Of a DNA stretch of 27,630 bases, positions 1 through 9,415 are shown piece by piece. A model generated the notes under the pieces. It had not been told where the DNA came from, made no database searches, and saw only the letters and a list, made by a program, of their open reading frames with translations. The stretch spans positions 1 through 27,630 of the forward strand of contig JBMFOP010000038.1 in the NCBI GenBank assembly GCA_049969675.1. Reading direction: 5' to 3'. Within the stretch, counting starts at the first letter, position 1, and each line of letters starts with the position of its first letter. A program made the position numbers and the translations under genes. The stretch is from Myxococcota bacterium. GTDB taxonomy: Bacteria; Myxococcota; SpSt-1050.

Positions 1-2
1 TT

Positions 3-89
3 GGTGAAACAAACTGCTTTATAGGACTTTTTTGCAGATTAAAACCTGAGGCTACCTGTTTATATGAAGGCAAAATGGAATGTAAATAA
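3..89 (+). CDS. 3' end of an upstream gene entering the window (Cys-rich C-terminus)
   Basis: Frame 3 is open from the window edge, reads GETNCFIGLFCRLKPEATCLYEGKMECK and stops at TAA 87-89; 4 Cys in 28 aa. Too short to assign a function. Confidence 0.45.
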   Translation, partial: GETNCFIGLFCRLKPEATCLYEGKMECK

Positions 90-460
90 AAACAGTATAT
101 TAGCCATTGAAACTCATATTGGATAAATAATTTTTCAAAATTATTTTTTTAATCTATAAATGTTAACTGCGGCAAATGGGGTATACATACATATTAGTCT
201 CTACAAATTAAAAATTGGCTCTCTTAATTTCAGGTTTATAAGGAGAAATGACATAAAGTTGATTGGATAGTAGAATCAACACGACCTTCATAGAATGGAG
301 AACATCCCATCTGCTTATGTATTTAGTATTGCCCAGAAAAGTCATAGAAAAAATTCTGTTCAATCTGCTGAGAGTTATCATAGTTGATAGCTCTGGTAAA
401 ATTCCTATTTGCATTTTACAAAAAAATAGGATTTATTCTTTATATATTCTGGAGGTTTAT

Positions 461-1141
461 ATGAGCGTCAATGTTGTAAGAGAGATAGACAATAGAGTAA
501 AGATTAGAAATGTAATAATAAGTGTCTCTGATAAGAGTGGACTTGATGTATTTGTTAAGCGACTTATGGAGATAATTCCAGATGTAAAGATATATTCTAC
601 CGGTGGCACTTATGATTATATTAAAAAGGTTATCTCTGACCCTAATAAAATAGTATCTATTTCAGAGTATACCGGTCAGCCAGAGACTCAGGGAGGACTC
701 GTCAAGACACTTGATTTTAAGATATATCTGGGGATTCTGACTGAAAAATATAATCCATATCATCAGGAGGACTTAAAGAGGACGGGTGCGATTCATTTTG
801 ATATGGTGGTGGTAAATCTGTATCCTTTTGAAAAGGTTGTTCAAAAGGAAGGGGTTTCACTTGAGGAGGCGAGGGCAAATATTGATATTGGAGGACCAAC
901 AATGGTAAGGGCATCTGCCAAAAACTATCTGAGAGTTGCTGTAGTTGTTGACCCGCTTGATTATAATATGATTCTGAATAAATTGGCAGAAAATAGTGGG
1001 GCGTTGACTCTGAAAGATAGATTTGAACTTGCAAAGAAGGCATTTTTGAGAACTTCTGAGTACGATAGATGTATCTCGGAATTTCTCTCTAAACATTTTG
1101 AAAAAGATTTTGATTGCTATACATTTGTGGATGAAAGGTAA
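461..1141 (+). CDS. purH: IMP cyclohydrolase (N-terminal MGS-like half of PurH), stand-alone
   Basis: Motifs ISVSDKSG, YSTGGT, GGLVKTL, DMVVVNLYPF, NIDIGGPTMVRASAKN are PurH IMPCH signatures. Start moved from the ORF-track 263 to ATG 461 because GGAGG lies at 451-455. Confidence 0.92.
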   Translation: MSVNVVREIDNRVKIRNVIISVSDKSGLDVFVKRLMEIIPDVKIYSTGGTYDYIKKVISDPNKIVSISEYTGQPETQGGLVKTLDFKIYLGILTEKYNPYHQEDLKRTGAIHFDMVVVNLYPFEKVVQKEGVSLEEARANIDIGGPTMVRASAKNYLRVAVVVDPLDYNMILNKLAENSGALTLKDRFELAKKAFLRTSEYDRCISEFLSKHFEKDFDCYTFVDER

Positions 1142-1153
1142 TTGGAGGTCATT

Positions 1154-2404
1154 ATGGCTGGAAATATTAAAGAGATGTATCATAAGATAGTCAAAGATAA
1201 TTTCCCTGATAGGATTACAATTGATTTTGAATTTGAAAGTGGGTTGCAGAGATTAGTCTATGAGAAGGTGACATGGATTGTAGATGGTGAGATGAGGGGA
1301 TTGAGATATGGAGAGAATCCGGATCAGGAGGCGGCATTTTACAGGCTTAAAAATGGGAATCTGGTTATCGCCGGAGTTGAATTCGTAAATCCCGATATGG
1401 CGCTTCTCCCGATGGCGGAGTTGATTCAGTTCGGGAAACATCCTGGGAAAATAAATCTCACAGATGTGGACAATGCGCTCAACATCCTAAAATTCTTTAC
1501 AGAACGACCTACAGCTGCGATAATGAAACACAATAACCCGAGTGGAGTTGCCTCTTCTGATAATATATCTGATGCATTTTTGCGTGCATATTATACCGAC
1601 AGAATCGCTGCATTTGGTGGGGCACTGGTTGTGAATAGGGAGATTGATAGGCAGACAGCCGAGTTGATTGCCGATAAATATCTTGAAGTGGTGGCAGCTC
1701 CAGAATTTGGGGAGGGAGCCATAGATGTGTTGACAAAAAGGAAGAATCTAAGAATTATGAGAGTGAGGAATATTGAGAGATTATCACAATACACTATAAC
1801 GCCATTTATAGATTTTAAATCGCTGATTGATGGGAGTCTTATTATTCAACGTTCTCAAATTATTTCAATTAGAGGGAAAGAGGATTTGAAGGTAGCCGAG
1901 GCAGAATTCAATGGCAAAATATATAGAATAAAGAGAGAGCCTACTGTAAGAGAGTACAGGGATATGCTATTTGGCTGGTATGTAGAATCTGGAGTAACTT
2001 CCAATTCTGTTATCTATGTAAAGGATGAATGCACTGTCGGTATTGGAACCGGTGAGCAGGATAGAGTAGGTGTGGCAGAGATTGCAAGATATAAGGCATA
2101 TACAAAGCTTATGGATAGAATCTGTTATGAGAGATATAAAATTCCACTCTTTGAATTGAAAGATGAATCAAAAAAGAGAGAGATAGAGGAGGAGGTGAGA
2201 GAGAAGAGAGGCGGACTCAAAGGTGCGGTAATGGTATCAGACGGCTTCTTCCCCTTCAGAGATGGTGTGGATGTAGGTATTAAAGAGGGGATTACCGCAG
2301 TAATTCAACCGGGCGGTTCTGTAAATGATCATCAGATTATAGAGGCCTGTAATGAGGCAGATGTAACTATGGTCTTTACCGGTCAGCGACTATTCAAACA
2401 TTAA
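1154..2404 (+). CDS. purH: AICAR transformylase (C-terminal half of PurH), stand-alone
   Basis: Motifs LRYGENPDQEAAFY, catalytic KHNNPSG, AAFGG, SNSV, GIGTGEQDRV, SDGFFPFRDG, IQPGGS, FTGQRLFKH. Own SD GGAGG at 1144-1148 before ATG 1154. Confidence 0.92.
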   Translation: MAGNIKEMYHKIVKDNFPDRITIDFEFESGLQRLVYEKVTWIVDGEMRGLRYGENPDQEAAFYRLKNGNLVIAGVEFVNPDMALLPMAELIQFGKHPGKINLTDVDNALNILKFFTERPTAAIMKHNNPSGVASSDNISDAFLRAYYTDRIAAFGGALVVNREIDRQTAELIADKYLEVVAAPEFGEGAIDVLTKRKNLRIMRVRNIERLSQYTITPFIDFKSLIDGSLIIQRSQIISIRGKEDLKVAEAEFNGKIYRIKREPTVREYRDMLFGWYVESGVTSNSVIYVKDECTVGIGTGEQDRVGVAEIARYKAYTKLMDRICYERYKIPLFELKDESKKREIEEEVREKRGGLKGAVMVSDGFFPFRDGVDVGIKEGITAVIQPGGSVNDHQIIEACNEADVTMVFTGQRLFKH

Positions 2405-2406
2405 AA

Positions 2407-3048
2407 ATGTTTCCTGATTTTATACTTGCATTATCTATTGGTACCCTTTCTTTATTATTAATCTATAAATTAATTCAGTCATTAATGATACAGAAAGGGG
2501 GTAATAGAGATAAAATTTTCTACCTTATTTTATTATTGGTAGTTATAGAAATTATTCTTATAGCGAGTTATGATTTAGTATTTGGATATGATTTTTCGGA
2601 ATATACAACATTTATTTATATAGTATTTTTTTCTGTATTTTTTACAAACATTGTATTTATATTTGAAATTTTTAAAACCTGGATCCAAATATTAGTTAGT
2701 ATTTTGAAATTATTAGCAATTATTTTGATAACAAGATTTGGATTATTCTCTTTTATTGAATATTTTGGAATGATACCTTTTGAGAGTTCTACAAATTATT
2801 GTAAAGATCTACCTGATGGTATCTATATTGGTAAAAGTAAGACACTATTGAGTAATACAGTACTATTAGCTGAGTTTAGAAATAAAAAAATTGTAAATAT
2901 TGAAATAATAAAAGGTGTTCATAGTAGTTATGGGAAGAAGGCATTTGAATTATTATCTAAAGTGAGAGATATTATAATCAGTCAGTTTTACTCATATATA
3001 AATAAGATCATTTTGATAAGAGATAATGAACTGGAATATTGTCTATAA
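2407..3048 (+). CDS. Low-GC membrane protein with C-terminal partial FMN-binding-like domain (possibly degenerate)
   Basis: About four hydrophobic segments, then DGIYIGKSK...FRNKKIVNIEII...YGKKAFELL resembling the start of an FMN_bind domain. The SGAT flavinylation motif is absent and no clear SD is present. Confidence 0.55.
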   Translation: MFPDFILALSIGTLSLLLIYKLIQSLMIQKGGNRDKIFYLILLLVVIEIILIASYDLVFGYDFSEYTTFIYIVFFSVFFTNIVFIFEIFKTWIQILVSILKLLAIILITRFGLFSFIEYFGMIPFESSTNYCKDLPDGIYIGKSKTLLSNTVLLAEFRNKKIVNIEIIKGVHSSYGKKAFELLSKVRDIIISQFYSYINKIILIRDNELEYCL

Positions 3049-3182
3049 ATTGATAAAGGGCAAAAGAGGTATTTAAGATTGCTAAATATTTTCATATTTG
3101 ATATATACAATGCAATTATGGTTTTTTCAGATTGTTATATAAAAGTAGTCAATTGCAAATATATTAAACATAAGGAATTGTT

Positions 3183-4310
3183 ATGAAGGTTGATATTGCA
3201 GAGATTAGAAGTCATTTTCCTATCACTAAGAATCATTACTTCTTCAATCACGCAAGTATTTCTCCGATGCCATTTGATGTGGTAGAATCCATAAGGGAGT
3301 TTAATGAGGATATTATGTACCACGGTAATATGCACGAGAGAAGGTGGATTCGTCAGGTGGAAAAGACTCGGGAGATGTATGCAAGACTGATAAATGCCGA
3401 TCCTGAGGAGATAGCCTTTATTAAGAGCACATCTCAGGCAATCTCAATTATCTGTAAGGGGATGAACTTTAAGAAAGGGGAGAAGATATTGACGGCAGAT
3501 GTTGAGTTCCCTGCAAATATCTATCCATGGATGGCGATGACCCCCAGGGGAGTGGAGATCAAATTTGTAGGCGCAAAAGATGGCAGGGTGGAGATAAAGG
3601 ATATTGAGGGGGCTATAGATGCAAAGACAAAGATAATTGCACTCTCGCTGGTGGAATATGGCTCTGGTTTTAGAAATTATGTAGAAGAGGTAGGTGAGCT
3701 CTGTAAGAAGAAGGGTATATTCTTTTATCTGGATGGGATTCAGGGAGTTGGTGCAATCCCTGTAGATGTAAAGAAGTTTAATGTAGATTTTATGTCTGTT
3801 GCTGCGAGTAAATGGCTCTTTGGGCCACAGGGTGTGGCGATACTCTATATCAGAAAGGATATTATTGATGAGATTGCATATGAAGAGGTGAGCTGGCGCT
3901 CGGTGATTGAGGAGGAATCCAGAAAGCAGTTTAAGGTGGATAGTCGCTCCTTTGCCCGTAAATTTGAGGGAGATAATGCAAATTTTGCTGGCATTATTGG
4001 GCTTGGTGCAGCCCTGAAGTTGAGAGAGATGATAGGTAATAATTTTATATATAGAAATCTTGCAAAAAATGTTGATTTAATCTTTGAGGAACTCAAGAGG
4101 AGGGGTTATATTATATTTGGGCCTGTAAGTAAGTCAGAAAGGGCTGGAATAATCTCTGTGCATCATTCAGAGATGAGTTGTGAGGAGCTTTTGAGGAGAT
4201 TACTATCTGAGAATATCATTGCATCAATCAGAAATAATCATTTGAGGATTTCTCCACACTTTTATCAGACCGAAGAGGAGATAGAATTTTTATTTGAGGT
4301 ACTTCCCTGA
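3183..4310 (+). CDS. Aminotransferase class V PLP-dependent enzyme (cysteine desulfurase superfamily; likely C-S/cystine lyase type)
   Basis: FFNHASISP, DGIQGVG, PLP-lysine motif SVAASKWLFGPQG, C-terminal LRISPHFY. No SSGSAC/RxGxHC persulfide-Cys motif. Confidence 0.85.
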   Translation: MKVDIAEIRSHFPITKNHYFFNHASISPMPFDVVESIREFNEDIMYHGNMHERRWIRQVEKTREMYARLINADPEEIAFIKSTSQAISIICKGMNFKKGEKILTADVEFPANIYPWMAMTPRGVEIKFVGAKDGRVEIKDIEGAIDAKTKIIALSLVEYGSGFRNYVEEVGELCKKKGIFFYLDGIQGVGAIPVDVKKFNVDFMSVAASKWLFGPQGVAILYIRKDIIDEIAYEEVSWRSVIEEESRKQFKVDSRSFARKFEGDNANFAGIIGLGAALKLREMIGNNFIYRNLAKNVDLIFEELKRRGYIIFGPVSKSERAGIISVHHSEMSCEELLRRLLSENIIASIRNNHLRISPHFYQTEEEIEFLFEVLP

Positions 4311-4325
4311 GATGGAGTTGATCTT

Positions 4326-6722
4326 GTGGATTTCAGAAATGATTTAAAAACAAGAGTTCTTCTTCTTGATGGCGCGATGGGGACCAATCTGATATCGTCG
4401 GGGATAAATATTCAAGCATTGCCAGATATACTAAATGTAGAGAATCCAGAGGCAGTAAAAAGGGTAATGAGGAGTTACTATGATGCAGGCTCAGATATTA
4501 TCAGGACAAATACTTTTAGCACTATCAGACCAAAGTTGAGTTCTTTTGGCATTGAAGACCGTCTTGATGAGATTGCAAGGGCTGGAATAAGGTTGTGCCG
4601 TTCTGTGATTAAAGATAGTAGGTATCTGGCGGTCTCAATCGGTCCAACTGGTGAATTGATGCCACCTATGGGGAGTGTTTCCTTTGATCAGATTTATGAT
4701 TATTATTATGAAATAGGAAGGATCTATGAGAGCGAAGGTGTGGATATATACTGGCTTGAGACCTTTACAGATTTATATGAATTGAAGACTGCTGTTATTG
4801 CGCTCAGGGATGTTACAAAGAGACCTATTGTGGCACTGATGACCTTTGATGAGAATATGAGGAGCACATCTGGAAGTACACCTCAAATTATGGCTGCAAC
4901 AATCTCAAGATTATCTATAGATGCAATTGGTGCAAACTGTGGTGTTGGTACGCGAAATATACTGGGTATCATTGCTCAGATGAAGGACTTTACAGATTTA
5001 CCACTCGTTGCTCAGCCGAATGCAGGTATTCCTGAGAGTAGAGGATCTACGGTCTATTATCCAGAGAGTCCAGAAGATATGGCATTCTACACCAATGATT
5101 TTGTATCTAATGGTGTAAGGATTCTGGGGGCCTGTTGTGGGAGTAATGCAGAGCACATCAGGAAAATTAGAGAGCGACTCTCTCAGACAAAGAATGAATT
5201 CATTTTGCAGAGTGCAAGACCCTCACTCATCCTTACATCCAGAACCAATCTTGTTCAGATTACATCTGATTCGCCTCCAGTAATAGTAGGGGAGAGGATA
5301 AATCCTACTAATAAGCAGCATCTTATAGATGGACTCAAGAAGAGGGAGTATAAAGAGTTTTTAATAGAGGCAGAGCGGCAGATTTCTGCAGGGGCACAGG
5401 TTCTGGATATAAATACTGGAAGTCCAGTTGCAGATGAGAGATATTCCCTCCCTATTGTGATTGATGCGATAGTAAGGCAGAACGAAATCCCGGTGAGTAT
5501 AGATACCACAAATGACGATGCACTTGAAAAGGCTCTCAAATCTCTACCCGGAAGGGCGCTTATAAACTCCATTCAGGAAAATGGTTCTCTTGAAAGAAGA
5601 CTCCTTTTGGCAAAGAGATTCGGGGCGGCCTTTATTGTCTTAACTCTTAATGAGAAAGGGATACCGGAGAATGCTGATAAGAGAATAAGGATTGCTGAAA
5701 AGATAGTTGATAAAGCAATTCAACTTGGTTTTCGTATGGATGATATGATATTCGATTTCTTAACACTTGCTGTGGCTACATCTCTCCCCCAGATGAATGA
5801 GACTCTTAAGGCAATAGGGGAGTTTAAACGAAGGGGGTTATTTACTATCCTTGGGATAAGCAATATTAGTTATGGACTTCCTAAAAGGAGCTATATAAAT
5901 ACTTCATTTTTAACTCTTGCGATTCATTCAGGGCTTTCGGCTGCTATTATGGACCCTCTGGATAAAAATATGATTGCCTCTCTATATGCCTCTTCTGCAC
6001 TATCCGGGAGTGATAGGAATTTTGCAAGATATATTGATTTCTCAATGAAGGTCAAAAAGGCTGATTCTGAAGATATTGTTGAGCAAATTAATCCTCTACT
6101 CAAACTCGTGGACTCAGTTATATCGGGTAAACGAAAGGAATCTATAGATATTACATCTGAACTCTTGAGCCGCAAAGTAGATTTCAAAAAGATTATCAAT
6201 GATGGGATACTCAAGGCTATGAAGGAGGTTGGTATAAGGTTTAAGTCAAATCAGATATTCCTTCCGCAGGTTATGCTCTCAGCAGAGGCAGCACAGGCGG
6301 CATTTGATGTGATAATGGGGAGTGTGCCTAAAAATAGTATTGAGAAGAAGGGTAGGATTGTAATCGCCACAGTAGAGGGAGATATACACGACCTTGGAAA
6401 GAATCTGGTAGCATCTGTTTTAAGAAATTCGGGATTTGAGGTGATTGACCTCGGGAAGAATGTCAGGGCGAAGGATATCATTATTGCCGCAAGAGAAAAT
6501 AATGTAGATATAATTGCACTCTCTGCACTTATGACTACTACTATGGGGAGGATGAGAGATATAGTCTCATTGCTCAGGGAGAGTGGAATGAAAGTGCCGG
6601 TAATGATTGGTGGTGCAGTTGTGAGCGATGGATTTGCAAAAGAGATAGGTGCTCATTATGGGAGAGATGCCATTGAGGCGGTGGATATTGCAGAAAAGAT
6701 TATCTTATCAGGGGAGTTATGA
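4326..6722 (+). CDS. metH: Cobalamin-dependent methionine synthase, short form (Hcy-binding, pterin-binding, B12 cap and B12-binding domains)
   Basis: LLDGAMGT, TNTF, Zn-ligand motifs GANCG and GACCG, QPNAG, VGERINPT, GISNISYGLP, FLPQVMLSA, B12 motif GDIHDLGKNLV, SALMTTT, IGGA. GTG start with GGAG upstream; 798 aa with no AdoMet reactivation domain. Confidence 0.92.
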   Translation: MDFRNDLKTRVLLLDGAMGTNLISSGINIQALPDILNVENPEAVKRVMRSYYDAGSDIIRTNTFSTIRPKLSSFGIEDRLDEIARAGIRLCRSVIKDSRYLAVSIGPTGELMPPMGSVSFDQIYDYYYEIGRIYESEGVDIYWLETFTDLYELKTAVIALRDVTKRPIVALMTFDENMRSTSGSTPQIMAATISRLSIDAIGANCGVGTRNILGIIAQMKDFTDLPLVAQPNAGIPESRGSTVYYPESPEDMAFYTNDFVSNGVRILGACCGSNAEHIRKIRERLSQTKNEFILQSARPSLILTSRTNLVQITSDSPPVIVGERINPTNKQHLIDGLKKREYKEFLIEAERQISAGAQVLDINTGSPVADERYSLPIVIDAIVRQNEIPVSIDTTNDDALEKALKSLPGRALINSIQENGSLERRLLLAKRFGAAFIVLTLNEKGIPENADKRIRIAEKIVDKAIQLGFRMDDMIFDFLTLAVATSLPQMNETLKAIGEFKRRGLFTILGISNISYGLPKRSYINTSFLTLAIHSGLSAAIMDPLDKNMIASLYASSALSGSDRNFARYIDFSMKVKKADSEDIVEQINPLLKLVDSVISGKRKESIDITSELLSRKVDFKKIINDGILKAMKEVGIRFKSNQIFLPQVMLSAEAAQAAFDVIMGSVPKNSIEKKGRIVIATVEGDIHDLGKNLVASVLRNSGFEVIDLGKNVRAKDIIIAARENNVDIIALSALMTTTMGRMRDIVSLLRESGMKVPVMIGGAVVSDGFAKEIGAHYGRDAIEAVDIAEKIILSGEL

Positions 6723-7621
6723 AATATAACTGTTACATTATTGAAGATGAGATATCAAAAAATAGTAGAGGGTCAAAGAATCTACTTCTAACTCTTATGT
6801 TAACTCTCTTTATATGTATGGTTGAATTTATTGGGGGATTTATCTCCCGGAGTAATGCACTTATCGCTGATGCGGGTCATATGCTAACAGATTCAGCCTC
6901 TCTATTTGTCTGTTATTTTGCCTCACTGGTTGCCCGCAGAAAGGCAGATTCTGAGAAGACATACGGATATTACAGAATTGAGATTCTTGCATCGCTAATA
7001 AATGGGACTCTCCTGATTATATTGGCTATCTTTGTCATTTATAACGCATTAAGGAGATATTTTTCCCCCGTTGATATAGATGGAGGTATAATGTTGGTAG
7101 TCTCTCTGTCCGGGCTTATTGCAAATCTGGTTGGAATACTTTTACTGAAGGGGGATACACATAATCTCAATATAAAGAGTGCACTGCTCCATATCATAGG
7201 TGACACATTATCGTCTATTGGTGTTATAGCAGGTTCTCTTATCATTATATATACTGGCTATTACATTGTTGATGCAATTGTAAGTACTATTATTGGATTT
7301 GTAATCTTTATCAATGCAGTAAGACTGATTAGAGATGCGACAAATATATTACTTGAGGCAGTTCCATCCACTCTAAAAGTAAAAGATATTATGAATGATA
7401 TAAAATCCAGTATTTCTGAAATAAAGGATATCCATGATGTGCATATATGGAGCATATCATCCGGTATATTTATCTTCTCTATTCATATTGTGACAGAGGT
7501 GAAAACCATTGAGGAGACTGACACTATCATCAAACGGATCTCTTCTCTGATGCGTGAAAAATACAATATTTTACATACCACTGTTCAGGTGGAGTCTGCA
7601 AATTTTGAAAGAGGGAGATGA
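6719..7621 (+). CDS. Cation diffusion facilitator (CDF) transporter, CzcD/ZitB-like Zn/Co/Cd efflux
   Basis: SNALIADAGHMLTD, TYGYYRIEILA, NIKSALLHIIGD, DIHDVHIWSI, HTTVQVE; HxxxD/HxxxD metal site. ATGA overlap with the metH stop. Confidence 0.9.
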   Translation: MKYNCYIIEDEISKNSRGSKNLLLTLMLTLFICMVEFIGGFISRSNALIADAGHMLTDSASLFVCYFASLVARRKADSEKTYGYYRIEILASLINGTLLIILAIFVIYNALRRYFSPVDIDGGIMLVVSLSGLIANLVGILLLKGDTHNLNIKSALLHIIGDTLSSIGVIAGSLIIIYTGYYIVDAIVSTIIGFVIFINAVRLIRDATNILLEAVPSTLKVKDIMNDIKSSISEIKDIHDVHIWSISSGIFIFSIHIVTEVKTIEETDTIIKRISSLMREKYNILHTTVQVESANFERGR

Positions 7622-8028
7622 AGAGAGGTATTTACTTTCAGTTAATAATGCTATTTATGGGTATAGCAGGGATATTACTGTTGTATAATCTTTATATCTC
7701 TGAAAATAAAGTCGGACATAGAAGCCCTTATGAATATTCAGGAAAGATTGATGGGCCACTTATGGGCGAGGTAAAATATTTGAATATCATTACAAATAAT
7801 CAGATTGACTGCCTTGAATATGGTTTCTATATCTATTTCAGAGGGATAGACAATGACGATTTTGTGATTGCAACCGATTCAATCAGAAATACATTTGGGC
7901 TCCTCTCTGAAAATATGGTTGGTTACAGATTTAGATTTGACAAAGTTATGGAATGCAAGAGCAGAATAGAGAATAGAAAGACTTATCTCGTAATAGCCCC
8001 ACCGCTTCTTCTGGATACAGATGATTAG
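7618..8028 (+). CDS. Hypothetical membrane-anchored protein
   Basis: ATGA overlap with the CDF gene, one N-terminal hydrophobic helix, overlaps the next start; no family recognised. Confidence 0.65.
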   Translation: MKRGIYFQLIMLFMGIAGILLLYNLYISENKVGHRSPYEYSGKIDGPLMGEVKYLNIITNNQIDCLEYGFYIYFRGIDNDDFVIATDSIRNTFGLLSENMVGYRFRFDKVMECKSRIENRKTYLVIAPPLLLDTDD

Positions 8029-9415
8029 AGATTTGAAGATATATATTTTGATATTTATTTTTTTAGTATCCTGTGTAGATAAAAGGGTTGGGTTTTATAA
8101 AAATATCAGAGCAGAACATCCAGTATTTTATCAGTTGTTGATTGATAGATTTTATGATGGAGATAGGACTAATAATTACCTAACAGCTAAAGCGAATCCA
8201 TACGGATATCATGGTGGAGATTTGAAAGGGGTATTGGAGAAAATTGATTATTTGAAAGAACTTGGAATCAATGCGTTACTTATATCTCCGGTGCTGGACA
8301 ATATCCCTTATTATGTGGATTTTCAGGGGTATAGACATTATGGATATCATGGTTATTGGCCAGATTATTTTGATAAGATAGAGGAGAATTTTGGAGATTT
8401 TAGATTATTAAAGAAAGTTGCATCCGAACTTCATAAAAATGGAATAGCATATATTCAGGATATAGTGCTTAACCATGTTGGTTATAAATCACATTGGGTG
8501 GAGAATCCTCTATGGGTTAGGTCCCCAAAATATGGAGGATGTATAGATAATAATGACCTCAAGATGTGTCTATTTGGATTACCTGATTTTAAGACGGAGA
8601 GAGAGGATGTGAGGAGATTTTTGATAAATAGTTATAAGAATCTCTTTTATCAGTCTGGATTTGATGGAGTTAGGATAGATGCTATGAAGCACATTGATAA
8701 AACAATTATTCACGAGTTGAGAGAGGAACTTAGAGAGAATAATCAGGATATAGTCTTTATAGGTGAATACTGGGGGTCTTCGGCTGATGAAAAGGGATTG
8801 TCTCTACTTAAAGAATATAATGTGGATTTCCTCTTTGACTTTGAATTCAGAGACTACCTCTCTTCATATCTAAGGGGAGTAATGCGAGGTGAGGCATTTG
8901 TTGCTTATTTGAATAAGAGATATGAGATTGCAGAGAAAGGATTTATTGTATTTCTAAATAGTCACGACCTTGATGGGCTCATTACTCATTTTGATGGGAT
9001 TGAAGGTGAGAATAAGGTTCGTCTTTATAAGACTATGGCGATGATGCAATTTATATCAGGAGGTGTGCCATTAATTTACTATGGTGAGGAGAATGGAATT
9101 GATGTAGGAAAGGGGATTGAAAACCGTAGAGATATGAGTTTTAATGAAAGGTATAAGGGTATCAGGTCTTTTTATAAGGAACTGATCGCTCTTAAGAAGA
9201 GTGGCATATTAAATGGAAAGTTTTTAGCAGAGTTTGACAATGGCATTTTGGTTTTGAGGTTAATGAATTTTAATCAGCAGGTTATCTGCTTTATTAACAG
9301 AGCAGAGGGTGAGAAGGAATTTCATTTTGAGAATAATCTAATAAAACTGAAACCATATGATTTTCTATTGTTGAAAAAGAGTTCAGGTGGATTAGAAGAT
9401 ATTATTCCTCATTGA
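8021..9415 (+). CDS. GH13 alpha-amylase family lipoprotein
   Basis: Lipobox-like LVSC; DRFYDGD, GGDLKGV, YHGYW, DIVLNH, GLPDF, GFDGVRIDAMKH (nucleophile Asp), GEYW (acid Glu), FLNSHD, PLIYYGEE. Confidence 0.9.
   Translation: MIRDLKIYILIFIFLVSCVDKRVGFYKNIRAEHPVFYQLLIDRFYDGDRTNNYLTAKANPYGYHGGDLKGVLEKIDYLKELGINALLISPVLDNIPYYVDFQGYRHYGYHGYWPDYFDKIEENFGDFRLLKKVASELHKNGIAYIQDIVLNHVGYKSHWVENPLWVRSPKYGGCIDNNDLKMCLFGLPDFKTEREDVRRFLINSYKNLFYQSGFDGVRIDAMKHIDKTIIHELREELRENNQDIVFIGEYWGSSADEKGLSLLKEYNVDFLFDFEFRDYLSSYLRGVMRGEAFVAYLNKRYEIAEKGFIVFLNSHDLDGLITHFDGIEGENKVRLYKTMAMMQFISGGVPLIYYGEENGIDVGKGIENRRDMSFNERYKGIRSFYKELIALKKSGILNGKFLAEFDNGILVLRLMNFNQQVICFINRAEGEKEFHFENNLIKLKPYDFLLLKKSSGGLEDIIPH

Noticed and set aside
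240..256. AAGGAG followed by ATG-ACA-TAA minimal ORF
   Set aside because: SD-to-start spacing is only 2 nt; likely chance.
90..460. ZMP/ZTP (pfl) riboswitch expected upstream of purH
   Set aside because: The conserved GACUGGCG and CUGGGC elements are not on the + strand; only a lone GCCCAG (wrong orientation) is present.
263..460. 66-aa N-terminal extension of the IMP cyclohydrolase in the ORF track
   Set aside because: TTG start without support; a good SD and family homology both begin at ATG 461.
1139..1153. Stop-codon readthrough fusing the two purH halves (same frame)
   Set aside because: The stop is TAA, the downstream half has its own SD/ATG, and other genes use standard stops.
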